DNA of 64,000 nt, from positions 558,001 to 622,000 of the forward strand of contig OZ024759.1 of the NCBI GenBank assembly GCA_964016885.1, in the 5' to 3' direction. Positions within the stretch are counted from its first letter, which is position 1; each line of letters starts with the position of its first letter. Shown here piece after piece: positions 29,401 to 45,600 of this stretch. The position numbers were made by a program, and so were the translations under genes. Source of the DNA: Eledone cirrhosa. Taxonomy: Eukaryota. The notes beneath the pieces were generated by a model. That model saw nothing but the letters and a program-made list of their open reading frames with translations, did not search any database and had not been told where the DNA came from.

Positions 29401-32400
29401 GCATGACAAAGTCTATATTAGTAACATGACACAGTCTATATTAGTAACATGACAGTCTATATTAGTAACATGACACAGTCTATATTAGTAACATGACAAA
29501 GTCTATATTAGTAGCATGACAAAGTCTATATTAGTAACATGACAGTCTATATTAGTAACATGACAAAGTCTATATTAGTAGCATGACAAATTCTATATTA
29601 GTAGCATGACACAGTCTATATTAGTAACATGACACAGTCTATATTAGTAACATGACAAAGTCTATATTAGTAGCATGACAAAGTCTATATTAGTAACATG
29701 ACAAAGTCTATATTAGTAACATGACACAGTCTATATTAGTAACATGACAAAGACTATATTAGTAACATGACACAGTCTATATTAGTAACATGACAAAGTC
29801 TATATTAGTAACATGACAGTCTATATTAGTAACATGACAGTCTATATTAGTAGCACGACAAAGTCTATATTAGTAACATGACAAAGTCATATTAGTAACA
29901 TGACACAGTCTATATTAGTAACATGACAAAGTCTATATTAGTAACATGACACAGTCTATATTAGTAACATGACAAAGTCTATATTAGTAACATGACACAG
30001 TCTATATTAGTAACATGACATAGTCTATATTAGTAACATGACAAAGTCTATATTAGTAGCATGACACAGTCTATATTAGTAACATGACACAGTCTATATT
30101 AGTAACATGACAGTCTATATTAGTAACATGACAAAGTCTATATTAGTAGCATGACAAAGTCTATATTAGTAACATGACACAGTCTATATTAGTAACATGA
30201 CAGTCTATATTAGTAACATGACACAGTCTATATTAGTAACATGACGAAGTCTATATTAGTAGCATGACAAAGTCTATATTAGTAACATGACAGTCTATAT
30301 TAGTAACATGACAAAGTCTATATTAGTAGCATTTACAAAGTCTATATTAGTAGCATGACACAGTCTATATTAGTAACATGACACAGTCTATATTAGTAAC
30401 ATGACAAAGTCTATATTAGTAACATGACAAAGTCTATATTAGTAACATGAAACAGTCTATATTAGTAACATGACAAAGTCTATATTAGTAACATGACACT
30501 GTCTATATTAGTAACTTGACAAAGTCTATATTAGTAACATGACACAGTCTATATTAGTAACATGACACAGTCTATATTAGTAACATGACAAAGTCTATAT
30601 TAGTAGCATGACAAAGTCTATATTAGTAACATGACAAAGTCTATATTAGTAACATGACACAGTCTATATTAGTAACATGACAAAGACTATATTAGTAACA
30701 TGACACAGTCTATATTAGTAACATGACAAAGTCTATATTAGTAACATGACAGTCTATATTAGTAACATGACAGTCTATATTAGTAGCATGACAAAGTCTA
30801 TATTAGTAACATGACAAAGTCATATTAGTAACATGACACAGTCTATATTAGTAACATGACACAGTCTATATTAGTAACATGACACAGTCTATATTAGTAA
30901 CATGACACAGTCTATATTAGTAACATGACAAAGTCTATATTAGTAACATGACAAAGTCTATATTAGTAACATGACAGTTTATATTAGTAACATGACACAG
31001 TCTATATTAGTAACATGACATAGTCTATATTAGTAACATGACAAAGTCTATATTAGTAACATGACAGTCTATATTGTAACATGACACAGTCTATATTAGT
31101 AACATGACACAGTCTATATTAGTAACATGACAGTGTATATTAGTAACATGACAAAGTCTATATTAGTAACATGACAAAGTCTATATTAGTAGCATGACAA
31201 AGTCTATATTAGTAACATGACAAAGTCTATATTAGTAACATGACACAGTCTATATTAGTAACATGACAAAGTCTATATTAGTAGCATGACAAAGTCTATA
31301 TTAGTAACATGACAAAGTCTATATTAGTAACATGACACAGTCTATATTAGTAACATGACACAGTCTATATTAGTAACATGACAAAGTCTATATTAGTAAC
31401 ATGAAACAGTCTATATTAGTAACATGACAAAGTCTATATTAGTAACATGACACTGTCTATATTAGTAACTTGACAAAGTCTATATTAGTAACATGACACA
31501 GTCTATATTAGTAACATGACACAGTCTATATTAGTAACATGACAAAGTCTATATTAGTAGCATGACAAAGTCTATATTAGTAACATGACAAAGTCTATAT
31601 TAGTAACATGACACAGTCTATATTAGTAACATGACAAAGACTATATTAGTAACATGACACAGTCTATATTAGTAACATGACAAAGTCTATATTAGTAACA
31701 TGACAGTCTATATTAGTAACATGACAGTCTATATTAGTAGCACGACAAAGTCTATATTAGTAACATGACAAAGTCATATTAGTAACATGACACAGTCTAT
31801 ATTAGTAACATGACAAAGTCTATATTAGTAACATGACACAGTCTATATTAGTAACATGACAAAGTCTATATTAGTAACATGACACAGTCTATATTAGTAA
31901 CATGACATAGTCTATATTAGTAACATGACAAAGTCTATATTAGTAGCATGACACAGTCTATATTAGTAACATGACACAGTCTATATTAGTAACATGACAG
32001 TCTATATTAGTAACATGACAAAGTCTATATTAGTAGCATGACAAAGTCTATATTAGTAACATGACACAGTCTATATTAGTAACATGACTGTCTATATTAG
32101 TAACATGACACAGTCTATATTAGTAACATGACGAAGTCTATATTAGTAGCATGACAAAGTCTATATTAGTAACATGACAGTCTATATTAGTAACATGACA
32201 AAGTCTATATTAGTAGCATTTACAAAGTCTATATTAGTAGCATGACACAGTCTATATTAGTAACATGACACAGTCTATATTAGTAACATGACACAGTCTA
32301 TATTAGTAACATGACAAAGTCTATATTAGTAGCATGACAAAGTCTATATTAGTAACATGACAAAGTCTATATTAGTAACATGACACAGTCTATATTAGTA

Positions 32401-35400
32401 ACATGACAAAGTCTATATTAGTAACATGACAAAGTCTATATTAGTAACATGAAACAGTCTATATTAGTAACATGACAAAGTCTATATTAGTAACATGACA
32501 CAGTCTATATTAGTAACATGACAAAGTCTATATTAGTAGCATGACAAAGTCTATATTAGTAACATGACAAAGTCTATATTAGTAGCATGACAAAGTCTAT
32601 ATTAGTAACATGACAAAGTCTATATTAGTAACATGACACAGTCTATATTAGTAACATGACAAAGTCTATATTAGTAACATGACAAAGTCTATATTAGTAA
32701 CATGAAACAGTCTATATTAGTAACATGACAAAGTCTATATTAGTAACATGACACTGTCTATATTAGTAACTTGACAAAGTCTATATTAGTAACATGACAC
32801 AGTCTATATTAGTAACATGACACAGTCTATATTAGTAACATGACACAGTCTATATTAGTAACATGACACAGTCTATATTAGTAACATGACAAAGTCTATA
32901 TTAGTAACATGACAAAGTCTATATTAGTAACATGACAGTTTATATTAGTAACATGACACAGTCTATATTAGTAACATGACATAGTCTATATTAGTAACAT
33001 GACAAAGTCTATATTAGTAACATGACAGTCTATATTGTAACATGACACAGTCTATATTAGTAACATGACACAGTCTATATTAGTAACATGACAGTCTATA
33101 TTAGTAACATGACAAAGTCTATATTAGTAACATGACAAAGTCTATATTAGTAGCATGACAAAGTCTATATTAGTAACATGACAAAGTCTATATTAGTAAC
33201 ATGACACAGTCTATATTAGTAACATGACACAGTCTATATTAGTAACATGACAAAGTCTATATTAGTAGCATGACAAAGTCTATATTAGTAACATGACAAA
33301 GTCTATATTAGTAACATGACACAGTCTATATTAGTAACATGACACAGTCTATATTAGTAACATGACAAAGTCTATATTAGTAACATGAAACAGTCTATAT
33401 TAGTAACATGACAAAGTCTATATTAGTAACATGACACTGTCTATATTAGTAACTTGACAAAGTCTATATTAGTAACATGACACAGTCTATATTAGTAACA
33501 TGACACAGTCTATATTAGTAACATGACAAAGTCTATATTAGTAGCATGACAAAGTCTATATTAGTAACATGACAAAGTCTATATTAGTAACATGACACAG
33601 TCTATATTAGTAACATGACAAAGACTATATTAGTAACATGACACAGTCTATATTAGTAACATGACAAAGTCTATATTAGTAACATGACAGTCTATATTAG
33701 TAACATGACAGTCTATATTAGTAGCACGACAAAGTCTATATTAGTAACATGACAAAGTCATATTAGTAACATGACACAGTCTATATTAGTAACATGACAA
33801 AGTCTATATTAGTAACATGACAGTCTATATTGTAACATGACACAGTCTATATTAGTAACATGACACAGTCTATATTAGTAACATGACAGTCTATATTAGT
33901 AACATGACAAAGTCTATATTAGTAACATGACAAAGTCTATATTAGTAGCATGACAAAGTCTATATTAGTAACATGACAAAGTCCATATTAGTAACATGAC
34001 ACAGTCTATATTAGTAACATGACAAAGTCTATATTAGTAACATGACAAAGTCTATATTAGTAACATGACAAAGTCTATATTAGTAGCATGACAAAGTCTA
34101 TATTAGTAACATGACAAGGTCTATATTAGTAACATGACACAGTCTATATTAGTAACATGACAAAGTCTATATTAGTAACATGACAAAGTCTATATTAGTA
34201 ACATGAAACAGTCTATATTAGTAACATGACAAAGTCTATATTAGTAACATGACACTGTCTATATTAGTAACTTGACAAAGTCTATATTAGTAACATGACA
34301 CAGTCTATATTAGTAACATGACACAGTCTATATTAGTAACATGACAAAGTCTATATTAGTGGCATGACAAAGTCTATATTAGTAACATGACAAAGTCTAT
34401 ATTAGTAACATGACACAGTCTATATTAGTAACATGACAAAGACTATATTAGTAACATGACAGTCTATATTAGTAACATGACAGTCTATATTAGTAGCATG
34501 ACAAAGTCTATATTAGTAACATGACAAAGTCATATTAGTAACATGACACAGTCTATATTAGTAACATGACAAAGTCTATATTAGTAACATGACACAGTCT
34601 ATATTAGTAACATGACACAGTCTATATTAGTAACATGACAAAGTCTATATTAGTAACATGACAAAGTCTATATTAGTAACATGACACAGTTTATATTAGT
34701 AACATGACACAGTCTATATTAGTAACATGACATAGCCTATATTAGTAACATGACAAAGTCTATATTAGTAACATGACAGTCTATATTGTAACATGACACA
34801 GTCTATATTAGTAACATGACACAGTCTATATTAGTAACATGACAGTCTATATTAGTAACATGACAAAGTCTATATTAGTAACATGACAAAGTCTATATTA
34901 GTAACATGACAAAGTCTATATTAGTAACATGACAAAGTCTATATTAGTAACTTGACACAGTCTATATTAGTAACATGACATAGTCTATATTAGTAGCATG
35001 ACACAGTCTATATTAGTAACATGACAGAGTCTATATTAGTAACATGACAGTCTATATTAGTAACATGACAAAGTCTATATTAGTAGCATGACAAAGTCTA
35101 TATTAGTAACATGACACCGTCTATATTAGTAACATGACAATCTATATTAGTAACATGACACAGTCTATATTAGTAACATGACAAAGTCTATATTAGTAAC
35201 ATGACAAAGTCTATATTAGTAACATGACACAGTCTATATTAGTAACATGACACAGTCTATATTAATAACATGACAAAGTCTATATTAGTAACATGACACA
35301 GTCTATATTAGTAACATGACATAGTCTATATTAGTAACGTGACACAGTCTATATTAGTAACATGACAAAGTCTATATTAGTAGCATGACAAAGTCTATAT

Positions 35401-38400
35401 TAGTAACATGACAAAGTCTATATTAGTAACATGACACAGTCTATATTAGTAACATGACAAAGTCTATATTAGTAACATGACAAAGTCTATATTAGTAACA
35501 TGACAGTCTATATTAGTAACATGACAAAGTCTCTATTAGTAACATGACAAAGTCTATATTAGTAACATGACAGTCTATATTAGTAACATAACAAAGTCTA
35601 TATTAGTAACATGACAGTCTATATTGTAACATGACACAGTCTATATTAGTAACATGACACAGTCTATATTAGTAACATGACATAGTCTATATTAGTAACA
35701 TGACAAAGTCTATATTAGTAACAAGACAGTCTATATTGTAACACGACACAGTCTATATTAGTAATATGACACAGTCTATATTAGAAACATGACAGTCTAT
35801 ATTAGTAACATGACAAAGTCTATATTAGTAACATGACAAAGTCTATATTAGTAACATGACAAAGTCTATATTAGTAGCATGACACAGTCTATATTAGTAA
35901 CATGACACAGTCTATATTAGTAACATGACAGTCTATATTAGTAACATGACAAAGTCTATATTAGTAGCATGACAAAGTCTATATTAGTAACATGACACAG
36001 TCTATATTAGTAACATGACAGTCTATATTAGTAACATGACACAGTCTATATTAGTAACATGACAAAGTCTATATTAGTAGCATGACAAAGTCTATATTAG
36101 TAACATGACAGTCTATATTAGTAACATGACAAAGTCTATATTAGTAGCATGACAAATTCTATATTAGTAGCATGACACAGTCTATATTAGTAACATGACA
36201 CAGTCTATATTAGTAACATGACAAAGTCTATATTAGTAGCATGACAAAGTCTATATTAGTAACATGACAAAGTCTATATTAGTAACATGACACAGTCTAT
36301 ATTAGTAACATGACAAAGACTATATTAGTAACATGACACAGTCTATATTAGTAACATGACAAAGTCTATATTAGTAACATGACAGTCTATATTAGTAACA
36401 TGACAGTCTATATTAGTAGCACGACAAAGTCTATATTAGTAACATGACAAAGTCATATTAGTAACATGACACAGTCTATATTAGTAACATGACAAAGTCT
36501 ATATTAGTAACATGACACAGTCTATATTAGTAACATGACAAAGTCTATATTAGTAACATGACACAGTCTATATTAGTAACATGACATAGTCTATATTAGT
36601 AACATGACAAAGTCTATATTAGTAGCATGACACAGTCTATATTAGTAACATGACACAGTCTATATTAGTAACATGACAGTCTATATTAGTAACATGACAA
36701 AGTCTATATTAGTAGCATGACAAAGTCTATATTAGTAACATGACACAGTCTATATTAGTAACATGACAGTCTATATTAGTAACATGACACAGTCTATATT
36801 AGTAACATGACGAAGTCTATATTAGTAGCATGACAAAGTCTATATTAGTAACATGACAGTCTATATTAGTAACATGACAAAGTCTATATTAGTAGCATTT
36901 ACAAAGTCTATATTAGTAGCATGACACAGTCTATATTAGTAACATGACACAGTCTATATTAGTAACATGACAAAGTCTATATTAGTAACATGACAAAGTC
37001 TATATTAGTAACATGAAACAGTCTATATTAGTAACATGACAAAGTCTATATTAGTAACATGACACTGTCTATATTAGTAACTTGACAAAGTCTATATTAG
37101 TAACATGACACAGTCTATATTAGTAACATGACACAGTCTATATTAGTAACATGACAAAGTCTATATTAGTAGCATGACAAAGTCTATATTAGTAACATGA
37201 CAAAGTCTATATTAGTAACATGACACAGTCTATATTAGTAACATGACAAAGACTATATTAGTAACATGACACAGTCTATATTAGTAACATGACAAAGTCT
37301 ATATTAGTAACATGACAGTCTATATTAGTAACATGACAGTCTATATTAGTAGCATGACAAAGTCTATATTAGTAACATGACAAAGTCATATTAGTAACAT
37401 GACACAGTCTATATTAGTAACATGACACAGTCTATATTAGTAACATGACACAGTCTATATTAGTAACATGACACAGTCTATATTAGTAACATGACAAAGT
37501 CTATATTAGTAACATGACAAAGTCTATATTAGTAACATGACAGTTTATATTAGTAACATGACACAGTCTATATTAGTAACATGACATAGTCTATATTAGT
37601 AACATGACAAAGTCTATATTAGTAACATGACAGTCTATATTGTAACATGACACAGTCTATATTAGTAACATGACACAGTCTATATTAGTAACATGACAGT
37701 GTATATTAGTAACATGACAAAGTCTATATTAGTAACATGACAAAGTCTATATTAGTAGCATGACAAAGTCTATATTAGTAACATGACAAAGTCTATATTA
37801 GTAACATGACACAGTCTATATTAGTAACATGACAAAGTCTATATTAGTAGCATGACAAAGTCTATATTAGTAACATGACAAAGTCTATATTAGTAACATG
37901 ACACAGTCTATATTAGTAACATGACACAGTCTATATTAGTAACATGACAAAGTCTATATTAGTAACATGAAACAGTCTATATTAGTAACATGACAAAGTC
38001 TATATTAGTAACATGACACTGTCTATATTAGTAACTTGACAAAGTCTATATTAGTAACATGACACAGTCTATATTAGTAACATGACACAGTCTATATTAG
38101 TAACATGACAAAGTCTATATTAGTAGCATGACAAAGTCTATATTAGTAACATGACAAAGTCTATATTAGTAACATGACACAGTCTATATTAGTAACATGA
38201 CAAAGACTATATTAGTAACATGACACAGTCTATATTAGTAACATGACAAAGTCTATATTAGTAACATGACAGTCTATATTAGTAACATGACAGTCTATAT
38301 TAGTAGCACGACAAAGTCTATATTAGTAACATGACAAAGTCATATTAGTAACATGACACAGTCTATATTAGTAACATGACAAAGTCTATATTAGTAACAT

Positions 38401-39050
38401 GACACAGTCTATATTAGTAACATGACAAAGTCTATATTAGTAACATGACACAGTCTATATTAGTAACATGACATAGTCTATATTAGTAACATGACAAAGT
38501 CTATATTAGTAGCATGACACAGTCTATATTAGTAACATGACACAGTCTATATTAGTAACATGACAGTCTATATTAGTAACATGACAAAGTCTATATTAGT
38601 AGCATGACAAAGTCTATATTAGTAACATGACACAGTCTATATTAGTAACATGACTGTCTATATTAGTAACATGACACAGTCTATATTAGTAACATGACGA
38701 AGTCTATATTAGTAGCATGACAAAGTCTATATTAGTAACATGACAGTCTATATTAGTAACATGACAAAGTCTATATTAGTAGCATTTACAAAGTCTATAT
38801 TAGTAGCATGACACAGTCTATATTAGTAACATGACACAGTCTATATTAGTAACATGACACAGTCTATATTAGTAACATGTCAAAGTCTATATTAGTAGCA
38901 TGACAAAGTCTATATTAGTAACATGACAAAGTCTATATTAGTAACATGACACAGTCTATATTAGTAACATGACAAAGTCTATATTAGTAACATGACAAAG
39001 TCTATATTAGTAACATGAAACAGTCTATATTAGTAACATGACAAAGTCTA
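25820..39050. repeat. ~6.6-kb tandem duplication (offset 6,658, then 6,612, then 6,566 bp)
   Basis: Private markers: CAAGGTC 27506/34118 (6,612); CATAGCC 28170/34736, CACCGTC 28552/35118, CAGTGTAT 31135/37701 and GACTGTC 32089/38655 (all 6,566). GTTTAT 26280/32938 gives 6,658. Confidence 0.9.
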
Positions 39051-39679
39051 TATTAGTAACATGACACTGTCTATATTAGTAACTTGACAAAGTCTATATT
39101 AGTAACATGACACAGTCTATATTAGTAACATGACACAGTCTATATTAGTAACATGACAAAGTCTATATTAGTAGCATGACAAAGTCTATATTAGTAACAT
39201 GACAAAGTCTATATTAGTAACATGACACAGTCTATATTAGTAACATGACAAAGACTATATTAGTAACATGACACAGTCTATATTAGTAACATGACAAAGT
39301 CTATATTAGTAACATGACAGTCTATATTAGTAACATGACAGTCTATATTAGTAGCATGACAAAGTCTATATTAGTAACATGACAAAGTCATATTAGTAAC
39401 ATGACACAGTCTATATTAGTAACATGACACAGTCTATATTAGTAACATGACACAGTCTATATTAGTAACATGACACAGTCTATATTAGTAACATGACAAA
39501 GTCTATATTAGTAACATGACAAAGTCTATATTAGTAACATGACAGTTTATATTAGTAACATGACACAGTCTATATTAGTAACATGACATAGTCTATATTA
39601 GTAACATGACAAAGTCTATATTAGTAACATGACAGTCTATATTGTAACATGACACAGTCTATATTAGTAACATGACACA

Positions 39680-42600
39680 GTCTATATTAGTAACATGACA
39701 GTCTATATTAGTAACATGACAAAGTCTATATTAGTAACATGACAAAGTCTATATTAGTAGCATGACAAAGTCTATATTAGTAACATGACAAAGTCTATAT
39801 TAGTAACATGACACAGTCTATATTAGTAACATGACACAGTCTATATTAGTAACATGACAAAGTCTATATTAGTAGCATGACAAAGTCTATATTAGTAACA
39901 TGACAAAGTCTATATTAGTAACATGACACAGTCTATATTAGTAACATGACACAGTCTATATTAGTAACATGACAAAGTCTATATTAGTAACATGAAACAG
40001 TCTATATTAGTAACATGACAAAGTCTATATTAGTAACATGACACTGTCTATATTAGTAACTTGACAAAGTCTATATTAGTAACATGACACAGTCTATATT
40101 AGTAACATGACACAGTCTATATTAGTAACATGACAAAGTCTATATTAGTAGCATGACAAAGTCTATATTAGTAACATGACAAAGTCTATATTAGTAACAT
40201 GACACAGTCTATATTAGTAACATGACAAAGACTATATTAGTAACATGACACAGTCTATATTAGTAACATGACAAAGTCTATATTAGTAACATGACAGTCT
40301 ATATTAGTAACATGACAGTCTATATTAGTAGCACGACAAAGTCTATATTAGTAACATGACAAAGTCATATTAGTAACATGACACAGTCTATATTAGTAAC
40401 ATGACAAAGTCTATATTAGTAACATGACACAGTCTATATTAGTAACATGACAAAGTCTATATTAGTAACATGACACAGTCTATATTAGTAACATGACATA
40501 GTCTATATTAGTAACATGACAAAGTCTATATTAGTAGCATGGCACAGTCTATATTAGTAACATGACACAGTCTATATTAGTAACATGACAGTCTATATTA
40601 GTAACATGACAAAGTCTATATTAGTAGCATGACAAAGTCTATATTAGTAACATGACACAGTCTATATTAGTAACATGACGAAGTCTATATTAGTAGCATG
40701 ACAAAGTCTATATTAGTAACATGACAGTCTATATTAGTAACATGACAAAGTATATATTAGTAGCATTTACAAAGTCTATATTAGTAGCATGACACAGTCT
40801 ATATTAGTAACATGACACAGTCTATATTAGTAACATGACACAGTCTATATTAGTAACATAACAAAGTCTATATTAGTAGCATGACAAAGTCTATATTAGT
40901 AACATGACAAAGTCTATATTAGTAACATGACACAGTCTATATTAGTAACATGACAAAGTCTATATTAGTAACATGACAAAGTCTATATTAATAACATGAA
41001 ACAGTCTATATTAGTAACATGACAAAGTCTATATTAGTAACATGACACTGTCTATATTAGTAACTTGACAAAGTCTATATTAGTAACATGACACAGTCTA
41101 TATTAGTAACATGACACAGTCTATATTAGTAACATGACAAAGTCTATATTAGTAGCATGACAAAGTCTATATTAGTAACATGACAAAGTCTATATTAGTA
41201 ACATGACACAGTCTATATTAGTAAAATGACAAAGTCTATATTAGTAACATGACAGTCTATATTAGTAACATGACAGTCTATATTAGTAGCATGACAAAGT
41301 CTATATTAGTAACATGACAAAGTCATATTAGTAACATGACACAGTCTATATTAGTAACATGACACAGTCTATATTAGTAACATGACACAGTCTATATTAG
41401 TAACATGACACAGTCTATATTAGTAACATGACAAAGTCTATATTCGTAACATGACAAAGTCTATATTAGTAACATGACAGTTTATATTAGTAACATGACA
41501 CAGTCTATATTAGTAACATGACATAGTCTATATTAGTAACATGACAAAGTCTATATTAGTAACATGACAGTCTATATTGTAACATGACACAGTCTATATT
41601 AGTAACATGACACAGTCTATATTAGTAACATGACAGTCTATATTAGTAACATGACAAAGTCTATATTAGTAACATGTCAAAGTCTATATTAGTAGCATGA
41701 CAAAGTCTATATTAGTAACATGACAAAGTCTATATTAGTAACATGACACAGTCTATATTAGTAACATGACACAGTCTATATTAGTAACATGACAAAGTCT
41801 ATATTAGTAGCATGACAAAGTCTATATTAGTAACATGACAAAGTCTATATTAGTAACATGACACAGTCTATATTAGTAACATGACAAAGTCTATATTAGT
41901 AACATGACAAAGTCTATATTAGTAACATGAAACAGTCTATATTAGTAACATGACAAAGTCTATATTAGTAACATGACACTGTCTATATTAGTAACTTGAC
42001 AAAGTCTATATTAGTAACATGACACAGTCTATATTAGTAACATGACACAGTCTATATTAGTAACATGACAAAGTCTATATTAGTAGCATGACAAAGTCTA
42101 TATTAGTAACATGACAAAGTCTATATTAGTAACATGACACAGTCTATATTAGTAACATGACAAAGACTATATTAGTAACATGACACAGTCTATATTAGTA
42201 ACATGACAAAGTCTATATTAGTAACATGACAGTCTATATTAGTAACATGACAGTCTATATTAGTAGCATGACAAAGTCTATATTAGTAACATGACAAAGT
42301 CATATTAGTAACATGACACAGTCTATATTAGTAACATGACAAAGTCTATATTAGTAACATGACACAGTCTATATTAGTAACATGACACAGTCTATATTAG
42401 TAACATGACAAAGTCTATATTAGTAACATGACAAAGTCTATATTAGTAACATGACACAGTTTATATTAGTAACATGACACAGTCTATATTAGTAACATGA
42501 CATAGTCTATATTAGTAACATGACAAAGTCTATATTAGTAACATGACAGTCTATATTGTAACATGACACAGTCTATATTAGTAACATGACACAGTCTATA

Positions 42601-45600
42601 TTAGTAACATGACAGTCTATATTAGTAACATGGCAAAGTCTATATTAGTAACATGACAAAGTCTATATTAGTAACATGACAAAGTCTATATTAGTAACAT
42701 GACAAAGTCTATATTAGTAACTTGACACAGTCTATATTAGTAACATGACATAGTCTATATTAGTAGCATGACAGTCTATATTAGTAACATGACAGAGTCT
42801 ATATTAGTAACATGACAGTCTATATTAGTAACATGACAAAGTCTATATTAGTAGCATGACAAAGTCTATATTAGTAACATGACACAGTCTATATTAGTAA
42901 CATGACAATCTATATTAGTAACATGACACAGTCTATATTAGTAACATGACAAAGTCTATATTAGTAACATGACAAAGTCTATATTAGTAACATGACACAG
43001 TCTATATTAGTAACATGACACAGTCTATATTAATAACATGACAAAGTCTATATTAGTAACATGACACAGTCTATATTAGTAACATGACATAGTCTATATT
43101 AGTAACGTGACACAGTCTATATTAGTAACATGACAAAGTCTATATTAGTAGCATGACAAAGTCTATATTAGTAACATGACAAAGTCTATATTAGTAACAT
43201 GACACAGTCTATATTAGTAACATGACAAAGTCTATATTAGTAACATGACAAAGTCTATATTAGTAACATGACAGTCTATATTAGTAACATGACAAAGTCT
43301 CTATTAGTAACATGACAAAGTCTATATTAGTAACATGACAGTCTATATTAGTAACATAACAAAGTCTATATTAGTAACATGACAGTCTATATTGTAACAT
43401 GACACAGTCTATATTAGTAACATGACACAGTCTATATTAGTAACATGACATAGTCTATATTAGTAACATGACAAAGTCTATATTAGTAACAAGACAGTCT
43501 ATATTGTAACACGACACAGTCTATATTAGTAATATGACACAGTCTATATTAGAAACATGACAGTCTATATTAGTAACATGACAAAGTCTATATTAGTAAC
43601 ATGACAAAGTCTATATTAGTAACATGACAAAGTCTATATTAGTAGCATGACACAGTCTATATTAGTAACATGACACAGTCTATATTAGTAACATGACAGT
43701 CTATATTAGTAACATGACAAAGTCTATATTAGTAGCATGACAAAGTCTATATTAGTAACATGACACAGTCTATATTAGTAACATGACAGTCTATATTAGT
43801 AACATGACACAGTCTATATTAGTAACTTGACAAAGTCTATATTAGTAGCATGACAAAGTCTATATTAGTAACATGACAGTCTATATTAGTAACATGACAA
43901 AGTCTATATTAGTAGCATGACAAATTCTATATTAGTAGCATGACACAGTCTATATTAGTAACATGACACAGTCTATATTAGTAACATGACACAGTCTATA
44001 TTAGTAACATGACAAAGTCTATATTAGTAGCATGACAAAGTCTATATTAGTAACATGACAAAGTCTATATTAGTAACATGACACAGTCTATATTAGTAAC
44101 ATGACAAAGTCTATATTAGTAACATGACAAAGTCTATATTAGTAACATGACACAGTCTATATTAGTAACATGACAAAGTCTATATTAGTAGCATGACACA
44201 GTCTATATTAGTAACATGACACAGTCTATATTAGTAACATGACAGTCTATATTAGTAACATGACAAAGTCTATATTAGTAGCATGACAAAGTCTATATTA
44301 GTAACATGACACAGTCTATATTAGTAACATGACAGTCTATATTAGTAACATGACACAGTCTATATTAGTAACATGACGAAGTCTATATTAGTAGCATGAC
44401 AAAGTCTATATTAGTAACATGACAGTCTATATTAGTAACATGACAAAGTCTATATTAGTAGCATTTACAAAGTCTATATTAGTAGCATGACACAGTCTAT
44501 ATTAGTAACATGACACAGTCTATATTAGTAACATGACACAGTCTATATTAGTAACATGACAAAGTCTATATTAGTAGCATGACAAAGTCTATATTAGTAA
44601 CATGACAAAGTCTATATTAGTAACATGACACAGTCTATATTAGTAACATGACAAAGTCTATATTAGTAACATGACAAAGTCTATATTAGTAACATGAAAC
44701 AGTCTATATTAGTAACATGACAAAGTCTATATTAGTAACATGACACTGTCTATATTAGTAACTTGACAAAGTCTATATTAGTAACATGACACAGTCTATA
44801 TTAGTAACATGACACAGTCTATATTAGTAACATGACAAAGTCTATATTAGTAGCATGACTAAGTCTATATTAGTAACATGACAAAGTCTATATTAGTAAC
44901 ATGACACAGTCTATATTAGTAACATGACAAAGACTATATTAGTAACATGACACAGTCTATATTAGTAACATGACAAAGTCTATATTAGTAACATGACAGT
45001 CTATATTAGTAACATGACAGTCTATATTAGTAGCATGACAAAGTCTATATTAGTAACATGACAAAGTCATATTAGTAACATGACACAGTCTATATTAGTA
45101 ACATGACACAGTCTATATTAGTAACATGACACAGTCTATATTAGTAACATGACACAGTCTATATTAGTAACATGACAAAGTCTATATTAGTAACATGACA
45201 AAGTCTATATTAGTAACATGACAGTTTATATTAGTAACATGACACAGTCTATATTAGTAACATGACATAGTCTATATTAGTAACATGACAAAGTCTATAT
45301 TAGTAACATGACAGTCTATATTGTAACATGACACAGTCTATATTAGTAACATGACACAGTCTATATTAGTAACATGACAGTCTATATTAGTAACATGACA
45401 AAGTCTATATTAGTAACATGACAAAGTCTATATTAGTAGCATGACAAAGTCTATATTAGTAACATGACAAAGTCTATATTAGTAACATGACACAGTCTAT
45501 ATTAGTAACATGACACAGTCTATATTAGTAACATGACAAAGTCTATATTAGTAGCATGACAAAGTCTATATTAGTAACATGACAAAGTCTATATTAGTAA

